64,000 nt of DNA from Bacteroidales bacterium (GTDB taxonomy: Bacteria; Bacteroidota; Bacteroidia; Bacteroidales; UBA932). The notes under the pieces were generated by a model, which saw only the letters and a program-made list of their open reading frames with translations, ran no database searches and was not told the origin of the DNA. Position 1 is the stretch's first letter. Every line of letters begins with the position of its first letter. The stretch covers positions 6,248 through 70,247 of the forward strand of contig JAFYSH010000003.1 of NCBI GenBank assembly GCA_017546605.1. Reading direction: 5' to 3'. Shown here in pieces: positions 48,991 to 58,800 of this stretch. The position numbers and the translations under genes are program-made.

Positions 48991-50786
48991 AATCGTTGTA
49001 ACGCCAAGGCTCCCATCCGCCCAACCACTGCTTCCCATTGTTCAAAACTGGCGGAACGTATGCGAGGAACCGTCTTGAAATGATCCATCAAGGCAGCCCT
49101 GCGTTTGGCTCCGATGCCCGGAATCTCATCCAATTCCGAATGCAATTGTGCTGCGCTGCGACGATTGCGATGGCGCGTGATACCAAAACGGTGCGCCTCA
49201 TCCCGCAACTGCATCAGCAAACGCAAGGAAGTAGAATTCTTATCCAGCAGCAGCGAATCAGCTTGTCCGGGCACGATAATCTCCTCCATCCGCTCGGCAA
49301 GTCCAATCACCTTGAGTTGAGGATACAATCCCAGTTCACACAAGGCTTCAATGGCGGCACCTACCTGCCCCTTTCCCCCATCGATGACCACCAACTGAGG
49401 CAGCAGAGTTCCTTCCTCCATCAGACGGGAATAACGACGGGTCACCACTTCCTTCATCGTCGCATAATCATTGGCTCCAACCACCGTCTTTACATTGAAA
49501 ATCCGATATTCCGACCGAACAGGAGCTGCATTCCGAAACACCACGCAAGCAGATACTGGATTGGTTCCCTGCAGGTTAGAATTATCAAAGCACTCGATAT
49601 GAGCCGGCCGTTGCTGCATTCCCAAATCCTGTTGCAACCGCTCCAAGACACGATCGATGTATTGTTGCGGGTTGGCAAATTCTTCCTTCTGCATACGTTC
49701 ATGACGAAGCGCAGCAGCGTTCTTGCGGCTTAATTCCAGCAAAGCTACTTTATCGCCCCGCAGCGGAACATGTATTTTTTTTCCGGGTAAATCCAGATCC
49801 GGCAAAAACGGCACAATCACCTCCTCAGGCCCCCGCTCATTCCCCGAAGCAGTCTGTTCCAACTGATCATAAATTCCCTGCATCAAGGCCCCCAATACGC
49901 GCTCCTGATCCTCCTCAATCCGTAGGCGCAACTCCATATTCAACGATTGGACAATGGCCCCATCTTTCAAGCGCATGAAGTTACCAAAGGCCTCGTTCCC
50001 ATCAAATACCAACGAGAAAATATCCGCATCAATGCGCTGGGCATTCATCACAATCGATTTGCTATAATGTTGATCCAGCAAATCACGTTGCTCTTTGTAG
50101 TGCTGCGCCTGCTCAAAGCGCAACTCAACAGCGGCCTGCCGCATTTTTTGTTCCAATTCCCGAATCAGACGCCCCGTATTGCCCCGCAAGATTTCTTTAA
50201 CCCCATCGATCTGCTCCTGGTAGTCTGCTTCCGAAATTGCCCCAATACAAGGCCCCTTGCACTTCTGAATGTGGTAATCCAAACAAAGACGGTAATTCCG
50301 CTGCTCAATACCTGCCAGCGAAAAACGATATTTACAAGTACGCAATGGATAAAGCGTATTGATCAAATCCATCAGTTGCCGAGCATGCTGCACCGAACCA
50401 TAGGGTCCAAAGTACAAAGAACCATCCCGAACAAAGCGACGGGTCATAAAAACACGGGGAAATAGTTCATTTCGGATACAAATCCAAGGATAGGTCTTAC
50501 CGTCTTTCAACAAGATGTTGTACTTGGGCTGAAATTCTTTGATCAGATTGTTCTCCAATAACAAAGCATCCTGTTCACTATCGACCACCGTATGCTGGAT
50601 TTGCGCTATGTGAGAAACCAACACAGCCGTTTTCCGACTGTGTTGGCGGGTCGCCTGAAAATATTGAGAAACGCGACGTTTCAAATTTTTTGCCTTTCCG
50701 ACATAAATAACCGTTCCCTCCTCATTTAGAAAGCGATAAACCCCTGGACTATCTGGTAGCAATTTGATTTTATCCTCGAATTTCAT
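48963..50786 (-). CDS. uvrC: Excinuclease ABC subunit C
   Basis: 607 aa. GIY-YIG (PGVYRFLNEEGTVIYVGKAKNLKRRVSQY), UvrBC domain, C-terminal HhH. The 3' end overlaps the previous gene by 28 nt. Confidence 0.96.
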   Translation of the reverse strand: MKFEDKIKLLPDSPGVYRFLNEEGTVIYVGKAKNLKRRVSQYFQATRQHSRKTAVLVSHIAQIQHTVVDSEQDALLLENNLIKEFQPKYNILLKDGKTYPWICIRNELFPRVFMTRRFVRDGSLYFGPYGSVQHARQLMDLINTLYPLRTCKYRFSLAGIEQRNYRLCLDYHIQKCKGPCIGAISEADYQEQIDGVKEILRGNTGRLIRELEQKMRQAAVELRFEQAQHYKEQRDLLDQHYSKSIVMNAQRIDADIFSLVFDGNEAFGNFMRLKDGAIVQSLNMELRLRIEEDQERVLGALMQGIYDQLEQTASGNERGPEEVIVPFLPDLDLPGKKIHVPLRGDKVALLELSRKNAAALRHERMQKEEFANPQQYIDRVLERLQQDLGMQQRPAHIECFDNSNLQGTNPVSACVVFRNAAPVRSEYRIFNVKTVVGANDYATMKEVVTRRYSRLMEEGTLLPQLVVIDGGKGQVGAAIEALCELGLYPQLKVIGLAERMEEIIVPGQADSLLLDKNSTSLRLLMQLRDEAHRFGITRHRNRRSAAQLHSELDEIPGIGAKRRAALMDHFKTVPRIRSASFEQWEAVVGRMGALALQRFYKETLNKN

Positions 50787-50795
50787 AATTTTTTG

Positions 50796-50803
50796 TACCT
50801 TTG
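50796..50803 (+). promoter_or_regulatory. -7 box (TACCTTTG) for the OlsF-like gene
   Basis: Exact motif, 37 nt upstream of ATG 50841. Confidence 0.5.
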
Positions 50804-50840
50804 CCCCTTGTACCTAAACCTAACAACATTTTGTCAAACT

Positions 50841-52634
50841 ATGAGAACAAAGTTAGTCAATATCTCCGACATTCAAGATGCAATCCACATGCACGGGCCA
50901 ATTGGTGCGGCTATTGGATCACTTGCCATTCGCATACTTGGATTTAAACGGCTCAATGAATATTATGCCAACATCCACCAATACGAAGGTCGGGAGTTTT
51001 GCGAAAAGGTAATGGAAGCCATGAACATCCAACACGATGTTTTGGCGGAAGATTTGGAAAACATTCCCAAAACAGGTCCCTTCATCTTAGTTTCAAACCA
51101 TCCCTTTGGCGCGATTGACGGCATCCTGATGTTCCGGATGATTGCGGCTGTTCGCCCGGATTTCAAAATCCTGACAAATTTCCTCTTGTCTCATATTGAA
51201 AACCTGAAAGATCACTTTCTTCCGGTAAACCCGTTCTCCGAGTTGAAAGGGAAAAAGAAAAGCCTGCCCGGTATCCGAGCAGCTAAAGAGTTGCTGGCCA
51301 ATGGTGGAGGCTTGGGCTTGTTCCCGGCTGGAGAAGTAGCTACCTACTACAACCGTCCGATGATCGAAGACAAAGTATGGTCTTCCTCCATGATCAAACT
51401 CATCCGGACCAGCGAAGTACCGGTGATTCCCGTATATTTTGACGGATATAACTCAAAAACCTTCTACCGACTTGGACGAATCCATCCGCTGTTACGCACA
51501 GCCCGTTTGCCGCGCGAATTGGTGAACAAATCCGGCAAGACCATTACCATGCGCATCGGCAAACCGATCCCGGTGAACGAAGTGGCTGAATTCAAACAGG
51601 ACCGCGAACTGGAACGCTACTTGCGTAGCCGCGTTTATGCCTTGGAAGCCCAAGCTGCTACGTTTGTTGAAAAACACGAAGTGCTTCCGGACAACCTCGT
51701 TCCCGTTGCAGAGCCCAAACCGAAGGAACTCATTCTGGAAGAAATCAAAGCACTGGAAGCAAACAACTTCCTCTTTAATACCGGTAGCTACCGCTGCTAC
51801 TTGAGTAGCTCTGAAAACATCCCCAACTTGATGCACGAATTGGGCCGCTTGCGGGAAGAAGCCTTCCGAAAAGCTGGCGAAGGTACCAATACCGCATTGG
51901 ACTTGGATGATTTTGACAAGACCTACCAACACTTGCTGCTCTGGGACGAAGACAAACAACAGCTCGTAGGTGCTTATCGTCTGGGGGTGGGTGAAGATAT
52001 CTACCACGCATCCGGTATCAACGGCTTTTACTCCAATACCCTGTTCCGTTACAGTCCTAAAATTGCAGCCGAGGTATTGCCCCAAGCTATCGAATTGGGC
52101 AGATCCTTTGTAGCCAACGAATACCAACGTGAAGCACTTCCGCTCATGTTGTTAATCAAAGGTTTGATGCTCAGCGTAGTAAAATACCCCAACTGCCGCT
52201 ACCTCATCGGCCCGGTAAGTATCAGCAACTGGTACCCTGATTTCTACAAGAGCATGATGGTTCATTACATCACCGAAAACCACCAAGCTGCCGAGTTCAA
52301 GGGTGAAATCACAGCTACCTCTCCTTTCGCCATAGACACCAAGCGCTGCGAATTGGATGCACTGCTGAGTAAAAAATCCGATACGGTTGAGAAATTTGAC
52401 CGCTTTATGTTGCGTCTGAGCAACAATACCTACCGCTTACCTACCTTGGTGAAGAAGTACATCAAACTCAATTGCCGTTTCTTGGCGTTCAATGTTGACA
52501 AAGACTTCAACAACTGCTTGGATGGCCTTATTTTGATGGATTTGAAAGATACGCCTCGGGAGGAAATCGAAAACCTTGCCAAGGATCGTGACGACCGGAC
52601 TGAAATCCTGGCCCGCTTTGGCTTTGAAGCCTAA
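50841..52634 (+). CDS. Bifunctional acyltransferase: N-terminal PlsC-type O-acyltransferase fused to C-terminal OlsB/GNAT-like N-acyltransferase (OlsF-like aminolipid synthase)
   Basis: 597 aa from ATG 50841. LVSNHPFGAIDG and FPAGEV blocks in the N-terminal part. The C-terminal ~300 aa are GNAT-like (LREEAFRKAGEGT...LVGAYRLG). Confidence 0.78.
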   Translation: MRTKLVNISDIQDAIHMHGPIGAAIGSLAIRILGFKRLNEYYANIHQYEGREFCEKVMEAMNIQHDVLAEDLENIPKTGPFILVSNHPFGAIDGILMFRMIAAVRPDFKILTNFLLSHIENLKDHFLPVNPFSELKGKKKSLPGIRAAKELLANGGGLGLFPAGEVATYYNRPMIEDKVWSSSMIKLIRTSEVPVIPVYFDGYNSKTFYRLGRIHPLLRTARLPRELVNKSGKTITMRIGKPIPVNEVAEFKQDRELERYLRSRVYALEAQAATFVEKHEVLPDNLVPVAEPKPKELILEEIKALEANNFLFNTGSYRCYLSSSENIPNLMHELGRLREEAFRKAGEGTNTALDLDDFDKTYQHLLLWDEDKQQLVGAYRLGVGEDIYHASGINGFYSNTLFRYSPKIAAEVLPQAIELGRSFVANEYQREALPLMLLIKGLMLSVVKYPNCRYLIGPVSISNWYPDFYKSMMVHYITENHQAAEFKGEITATSPFAIDTKRCELDALLSKKSDTVEKFDRFMLRLSNNTYRLPTLVKKYIKLNCRFLAFNVDKDFNNCLDGLILMDLKDTPREEIENLAKDRDDRTEILARFGFEA

Positions 52635-52643
52635 AGCGGTGCC

Positions 52644-52919
52644 TTAAGGAACCGGATCATAACCACTTCCGCCCCAAGGATGACAACGCAACAAGCGTCG
52701 CACCGTTAGGTACGACCCTTTGATTGGACCATGCTTTCGAAGGGCTTGTAAGGCATAGGTCGAACACGTAGGCGTGAATCGACAAGTCGGTGGTTTCAAG
52801 GGTGAAATGCAATAGCGGTAAAAATAGATCAACACCAACAAGGGAAAGTTCAACAACTTGCGTAGCAATTTACGCCAGTTGATCCAAAAGGGCACAGATT
52901 GAGGCTTTGATGGTTTCAT
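52644..52919 (-). CDS. yidD: Membrane protein insertion efficiency factor YidD
   Basis: [58 protein letters not shown]. The start is uncertain: ATG 52919 gives 91 aa and a 50-nt overlap with rnpA. Confidence 0.9.
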   Translation of the reverse strand: MKPSKPQSVPFWINWRKLLRKLLNFPLLVLIYFYRYCISPLKPPTCRFTPTCSTYALQALRKHGPIKGSYLTVRRLLRCHPWGGSGYDPVP

Positions 52920-53223
52920 AGTCCGCCAATTCCTTGGATGTATATACGAAAACGATGTCCTTTCCACAAGCACCTTCTTGCTTGGGATGACGATGCAGAC
53001 GATAGGCCTCCCGTATCCGCCTTTTGAGCAGGTTGCGTTTGACAGCCCGTTTGAATAGCCGTTTGGGCACCGATACCACGATCCGATCCTCTGCCTGATC
53101 GGCTTTCTCCAAATAAACAGCTCGCAATAAAGGGGTACGAATTGATGTACCTGTAGAAAAAATACGGCTCACCTCCAATGGGGAGCACACGCGCATTGAC
53201 TTAGGAAATAGAGCCGGGCTCAT
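52870..53223 (-). CDS. rnpA: Ribonuclease P protein component
   Basis: About 117 aa from ATG 53223. [26 protein letters not shown] (RNR motif region). TGATG junction with the upstream lipoprotein gene. Confidence 0.88.
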   Translation of the reverse strand: MSPALFPKSMRVCSPLEVSRIFSTGTSIRTPLLRAVYLEKADQAEDRIVVSVPKRLFKRAVKRNLLKRRIREAYRLHRHPKQEGACGKDIVFVYTSKELADYETIKASICALLDQLA

Positions 53224-54008
53224 CAGTCGTCCTCCGTTATCCGACGGAAACGCCAATTACCCGTTGCCGTCGCCCATTCCATCAACTGGGTACCCGTCGG
53301 CTCAATCATCAGCAATTCTGCCGAAAGCACGGCAGGCAAAGCCGGCTGCCCCATCAGTTCATTATCAAATGTATTCAGAACTAACTGATTGTTCAAGTTA
53401 TACCAAGTCGCATTCGGCTGTTCTTGCCGGATCCAGCCCAATGTATCCTCATTGGACACATAACGGTAACAATCGTACGCTGAAGCTTTCTTAAATTGAA
53501 GGCGTAAAGTACTATTAGCCACATCGCTGACAAAAACTGATTCCCAGGTACCGATGAGTGAATCCACAAACCGACCTTCTGTCACCCGAAACCAGGTCTC
53601 CTGAGTCGTAGTCACCACCTCCTGATTATCCACCTGATAGCTCAAATTCCGGAATGACATCAGCGAATCATTCATTTCCAACAAGTCCATCTCACGAAGC
53701 AGGTACACCCCTTTGGGTAGCGGATCAATGCCCGGCCAATTGCCTTTAATCTGCATCGAACAGCAATTTACCTGATAGGACAGGTACGAACTTCCCCACA
53801 CGGTCCCCCCATCCTCAGCCGGAGTAATTCCCTGCACCATGGCAGATCCTCCGCGTTGAAATGTGTAGTAAGCACCGTCAGGACTCACCCAAATACCAGG
53901 AATGCTTTTTCGAAATTTGGAGGGGTCCTCTTGTACACAAGACACAAATACCGCCAGTCCCAACAGGAGCAGGGACAGCGACCAGACAGGAGAACGTTTG
54001 CGGTTCAT
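53223..54008 (-). CDS. Lipoprotein of unknown function (two lipocalin-like G-x-W halves)
   Basis: 261 aa. Lipobox LAVFVSC. PGIWVSPDGAYYTF and IGTWESVF repeats. Confidence 0.7.
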   Translation of the reverse strand: MNRKRSPVWSLSLLLLGLAVFVSCVQEDPSKFRKSIPGIWVSPDGAYYTFQRGGSAMVQGITPAEDGGTVWGSSYLSYQVNCCSMQIKGNWPGIDPLPKGVYLLREMDLLEMNDSLMSFRNLSYQVDNQEVVTTTQETWFRVTEGRFVDSLIGTWESVFVSDVANSTLRLQFKKASAYDCYRYVSNEDTLGWIRQEQPNATWYNLNNQLVLNTFDNELMGQPALPAVLSAELLMIEPTGTQLMEWATATGNWRFRRITEDD

Positions 54009-54011
54009 GTG

Positions 54012-54755
54012 TTAGGCTTTATGCTTTTCCAAATACTGAGACAGGGCTTCTGCAATGGAAGGACACTCCGGTGTCGGAGCCATGATTTCAATGGATAAAC
54101 CGATGTCCTTCAACGCTTTGGCTGTTGTAGGTCCAAAAGTAGCGAATTTCAGATCATTTTGCTCAAAATTCGGATAGTTTTCTTGCAAAGACTTCACATC
54201 CAACGGACTGTAGAATACAATCATTTGGTAATTTTTCAAATCCAATGCAGTCAGATCGCTGCTGACGGTCTTGGTCAGAATTACCTGTTGGTATTTCAAT
54301 TTCGCTTTGGTGAAAAGTTTGAAAATGTCCGGCTTGGCATTATCCGTTGTCGCAATCAAGAAATTCTCTGCCTTATGCTTTGTTCCAATACTGGTTATAA
54401 TGGAATCCAAGGTTCCATTTCCAAAAAATATTTTCCGTTTCCGATAGACAATATGCTTTTGTAAATACAATGCAATGGCTTCGGTCGAACAGAAATACTT
54501 CATGGTTTCCGGCACAACAACGCGAGTTTCCTCACAAATCTTGAAAAAGGCGTCGATAGCAGACTTGGCCGTAAAAACAATAGCTGTATAATCCAGGATA
54601 GCAACCCGTTGTGCGCGAAATTCACGCGCAGAGATTTGCTGAACTGTAAAGAAAGGAACAAAATCCACAGAGACATCGTGCCGAGCAATGATATCGTTGT
54701 AAGGCGATCCGTTAGCAGGTTTAGGTTGCGAAATCAGGATATTTTTGATGCTCAT
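54012..54755 (-). CDS. Uroporphyrinogen-III synthase (HemD)-like protein
   Basis: 247 aa. MSIKNILISQPKP...ILDYTAIVFTAKSAIDAFF is typical of the Bacteroidetes HemD-like family. Confidence 0.8.
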   Translation of the reverse strand: MSIKNILISQPKPANGSPYNDIIARHDVSVDFVPFFTVQQISAREFRAQRVAILDYTAIVFTAKSAIDAFFKICEETRVVVPETMKYFCSTEAIALYLQKHIVYRKRKIFFGNGTLDSIITSIGTKHKAENFLIATTDNAKPDIFKLFTKAKLKYQQVILTKTVSSDLTALDLKNYQMIVFYSPLDVKSLQENYPNFEQNDLKFATFGPTTAKALKDIGLSIEIMAPTPECPSIAEALSQYLEKHKA

Positions 54756-54758
54756 AGT

Positions 54759-55436
54759 TTAGATTAACTTTATACATAAACCGACCCAAATGGCCGGCAC
54801 TAAAAATTCAAGGGTGCAAAGATATAAAATTGTAAAGAAATACGACACCTTACTTAGGAGAAATCGTTTGACAAGGTAGCCCAGATAGCAGAGATACACC
54901 ACCACTAGTCCGCCAAGAATCAGCCCAGTATGCGTTGGAAAACAAGCAGAAAACAACAACCAGAATACAGCCAAGGAATAGAACGGATATAAAATCCCCG
55001 TACTGTCTGCAAATAAAACGCGCTCACCCGTCACCCAACCCATCACACCCAATACCACCCATCGGAACAAGAAATAACAGAAACAAGCTCCTACGACCAC
55101 TAGGAGCGGATACCACCAGCCGGAGGAAGTGGGATCAAAGGGAATTTTTCGCAAATAAATCAAAGCTGCCAATAAGAGAAAGGCCAAAAACGACAGATAC
55201 ACCACCCGAAACAGGACATATGTCGACTGTTTGTGGATCTTCTCCAGATCTGCCCGATACAGGAGAGAGGAATAAAACAGTTTAAAAAACGAGGGGAAAG
55301 TCCGTCGAAAAAAAATCAACAGTACAAAAAAGAGCAGCAAACTTAGCCCAACAAATTCGTGCAAGGAATAAGCAAGACCGCCCGAGAAAGCCGACAAGTC
55401 CGGAATACAAAACGTTCCACCCCAAGCCTCTTCCAT
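54759..55436 (-). CDS. DUF4271-like integral membrane protein
   Basis: 225 aa, about 6 TM segments. Position directly upstream of the HemD-like gene, as I recall for DUF4271 in Bacteroidetes. Confidence 0.65.
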   Translation of the reverse strand: MEEAWGGTFCIPDLSAFSGGLAYSLHEFVGLSLLLFFVLLIFFRRTFPSFFKLFYSSLLYRADLEKIHKQSTYVLFRVVYLSFLAFLLLAALIYLRKIPFDPTSSGWWYPLLVVVGACFCYFLFRWVVLGVMGWVTGERVLFADSTGILYPFYSLAVFWLLFSACFPTHTGLILGGLVVVYLCYLGYLVKRFLLSKVSYFFTILYLCTLEFLVPAIWVGLCIKLI

Positions 55437-55443
55437 ACCTCAA

Positions 55444-55794
55444 TTAATTTCCTCGCACCACCCGGTAGCCTTTGTTGCGCAACAATTCCTGCAAACGATC
55501 CCGAAAATCTCCTTGAATCAGAATCTCGCCATCCTTCACACTTCCTCCCACTCCACATTTACTCTTGAGCTCTTTGGCCAGAAGGGTCAGATCTTCTTCT
55601 CGTCCCACAAAACCCTTGATCAGCGTCACCTGCTTTCCACCCCGGTGACGGCGATCTATGCCCACTACCAGTTTCTGGCGCTCGGCCGGTAAGGTGACTA
55701 CCTCTTCCTGCTCCGGTGCCTCGTATTGAAAATCCGGATTGGTGGAAAATACAACCCCTAAACGATCCTTCCAATCTTCTTGTTGTCTTACCAT
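55444..55794 (-). CDS. SUI1 / YciH-family translation initiation factor
   Basis: 116 aa from ATG 55794. RRHRGGKQVTLIKGF...LAKELKSKCGVGGSVKDGEILIQGD. Confidence 0.9.
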   Translation of the reverse strand: MVRQQEDWKDRLGVVFSTNPDFQYEAPEQEEVVTLPAERQKLVVGIDRRHRGGKQVTLIKGFVGREEDLTLLAKELKSKCGVGGSVKDGEILIQGDFRDRLQELLRNKGYRVVRGN

Positions 55795-55808
55795 TTTAAA
55801 GTTTTTTG

Positions 55809-55816
55809 CAAAAATA
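55809..55816 (-). promoter_or_regulatory. -7 box (TATTTTTG) for the SUI1-to-yidD operon
   Basis: Plus strand caaaaata; 14 nt upstream of ATG 55794. Confidence 0.5.
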
Positions 55817-55857
55817 GGCATTAATCTTGAAAGTTTGTGCCGATGCTCGTTTTTCAC

Positions 55858-55865
55858 TACTTTTG
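55858..55865 (+). promoter_or_regulatory. -7 box (TACTTTTG) for the DUF2723 gene
   Basis: Exact motif, 8 nt upstream of ATG 55874. Confidence 0.5.
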
Positions 55866-55873
55866 TTCCTAAT

Positions 55874-58800
55874 ATGGATACTCGAAAATTCAACCTGATT
55901 AGCCGTATTGCGGCAACCCTTGTATTGCTCATTGCTTCATTCACCTACCTGATGACCATGGAGCCAACCACCAGTTTTTGGGACTGCGGTGAGTTCATCG
56001 CATCCTCTTACAAACTGGAAGTGGGTCACCCTCCTGGAAACCCGGTGTTCCAATTGTTTGGCCGGTTTTTCACCATGTTCACAGATGCCGAACATGCTGC
56101 AGTGGCAATCAATACCATGAGTGCCCTTTGCTCGGCATTCACCATCTTTTTCCTTTACCTGACCATTGTGCACCTGGCTCGCCGCATTTTTGAAAAGAAT
56201 GCAACCGCCTACGGAGCTATGCAATCCGGCCACGCTTGGGCCATCATCGGATCAGGCATTGTGGGCGCACTTGCCTATTGCTGGTCCGACACGTTCTGGT
56301 TCTCGGCCGTGGAAGGCGAGGTGTACGCGATGTCTTCCTTGTTTACAGCAGTGGTCTTTTGGGCAATGCTCAAGTGGGAAGAAGAAGCTGACGAACCATA
56401 TGCAAACCGATGGATCATCTTGATTTTCTTTTTGATGGGCCTTTCAATTGGTGTTCACTTGTTGAACCTGCTCACCATTCCAGCTCTTACCTTCATTTGG
56501 TACTACCGGAAAATTAAGACCCCAAACAGCCGGAATGCTTTCCTGACACTCTGCGTTTCCGCCATCCTGTTGGCCGTGATCCTGTATGGCATCATTCCCT
56601 TCCTGCCGAAGATGGCCGCTTACTTTGACCTTTTCTTCGTAAACACATTGGGCATGAAGTTCAATATCGGAGCCATTTTCTTCCTGACCTGCGTGCTGTT
56701 GGCAACCCTTGCCGGTCTGCTGTATGCCCGCCGCAAAGAAAAAGTATGGGTGCATACCGGACTTCTGGCGTTCCTGATGATTTTCATCGGCTACCTGCCC
56801 TTCTGTATTATTGTTATCCGCTCGTCTGCAAACACGCCGACCAACGAATACCAACCGGATAATCCGTTTACCTTGGTGCGTTATTTGAGTCGGGAGCAAT
56901 ATGGAAGCAACCCGCTCATATACGGAGAAACCTTTGCCTCGATTCCGGACGAAGTGGATGCTCCCACCTACTATACCCCCTTGGATGGCCGCTACCACAA
57001 AACTCCGGGTAGCTACCAATATCACTTCCCCAGTAGCTCCAAAATGTTATTCCCGCGGATGTGGAGCCGTGACCCCCACCACGTCAACTTCTACAAATCC
57101 TACCTTACCGGTAAAGGATCCATCCCGCAAGGTGGACAGGAACGCATGCCATCCATGGGCGAAAACCTGCATTATTTCTTCAATTACCAAGTCAATTGGA
57201 TGTACACCCGCTATTTTATGTGGAACTTTGCTGGACGCCAAAATGACTTGCACGGCCAAGTACCTGGAGATCCGATCCGAGGCAACTGGGAATGTGGTAT
57301 CGGCTGGATTGATCGTCTGCGATTGGGCGACCAAAGCGAAGGTCCGGACTACATTGTCAACAGCGCCTCAAAAAATCACTATTTCCTACTTCCACTGCTG
57401 TTGGGCCTGATTGGCTTGTTCTTCCATTGGCGCAAAGACAAGGAAAATGCGTGGGTAACAACCCTGCTCTTCCTGTTAACCGGCTTGGCCATCGTCGTTT
57501 ACCTCAATCAACCGCCTTACCAGGTTCGTGAACGGGACTACGCCTACGCGGGCTCCTTCTATACCTTCTCTATTTGGATTGGCTTGGCTGTAACCGCTTG
57601 TTACGGATGGATGCTGCGCTTCTTCCAGAAAAACGAAAAAGCACGCAGCCTTGCAGCGATTGGAATCAGTGCAATCGCGCTGTTCGTTCCCGTACAAATG
57701 GTGGCCCAAAACTGGGATGATCACGACCGAAGCGGCCGCTACACTGCTCGGGACATGGCCTATAATTACTTTGCAAGCACCGAATACAATGCCATCCTGG
57801 TAACCCACGGGGATAACGACACCTTCCCGCTTTGGTACCTGCAAGAAGTGGAGGAACAACGGCCTGACTTGCGAGTTGTGAACACCTCCTTGCTCGGAAC
57901 GGACTGGTACATCGATCAGATGAAATACAAGATGTACGATTCAGATCCACTTCCCATTACCATTGAACGAAAAGATTACCTCTACGGAACCAATGAGTTC
58001 CCTCCGATTATTGAACGCATCAAGCATCCCATTCCTTTGAAGGAATTTATTGAATTGTACAAAGATCCTCGCATTCGCGTCAACCAATACGGCCGCGAAT
58101 CGCCCTATTTCCCTGCCCGACAACTCATTCTGCCGGTCAACAAGGAAAATGTACTCAACAACGGCATTGTTCCGGAAAAGGACAAAGATTTGATCCTGGA
58201 CAGCTTGATTCTACAACTTCCTGCAGACAAGAAAGAGTTGACAAAACCGGAATACATCCTGCTGGATGTGTTAGCCCACTACGATTGGGACCGTCCTATC
58301 TACTTCCTGTCTATGGGAGGAGATTTGGGCATTGGTATTCGTGATTACCTTGAATACGACGGTTTTGCCTATAAACTGGTTCCGATTGCCAGCCGCCCCA
58401 GTTACCTGGAGCCCGAATACGCGAACACCGATAAGCTCTACTACCGGATTATGGATGGTGTTTATCGCTGGGAAAGTCTCTGTGCGGATGACATCCACAT
58501 CGACTATCAGAACTTATCTACCTTCAACGGTTTGATCCGCAACCTGTTTACCCAAGTGGCTGGTGCGCTGTATGACGAAGGAAAAACTGAAGAATGCATC
58601 CAAATACTGGATCGCATGCAAGAAGTGATGCGCAAGGATTACTACCCGCTTAACACGGTCGCATTCCCTTCTTACAACGAATTTGCGGTTATTAAAGCCA
58701 TCAATTTGTATTACCTCTGCGGTGCAACAGAAAAGGCCCGTACACTTGCAGATGCTTTTGCTGACGAAACAGCAATTGCTATCCGACTGTTCTCCAAACC

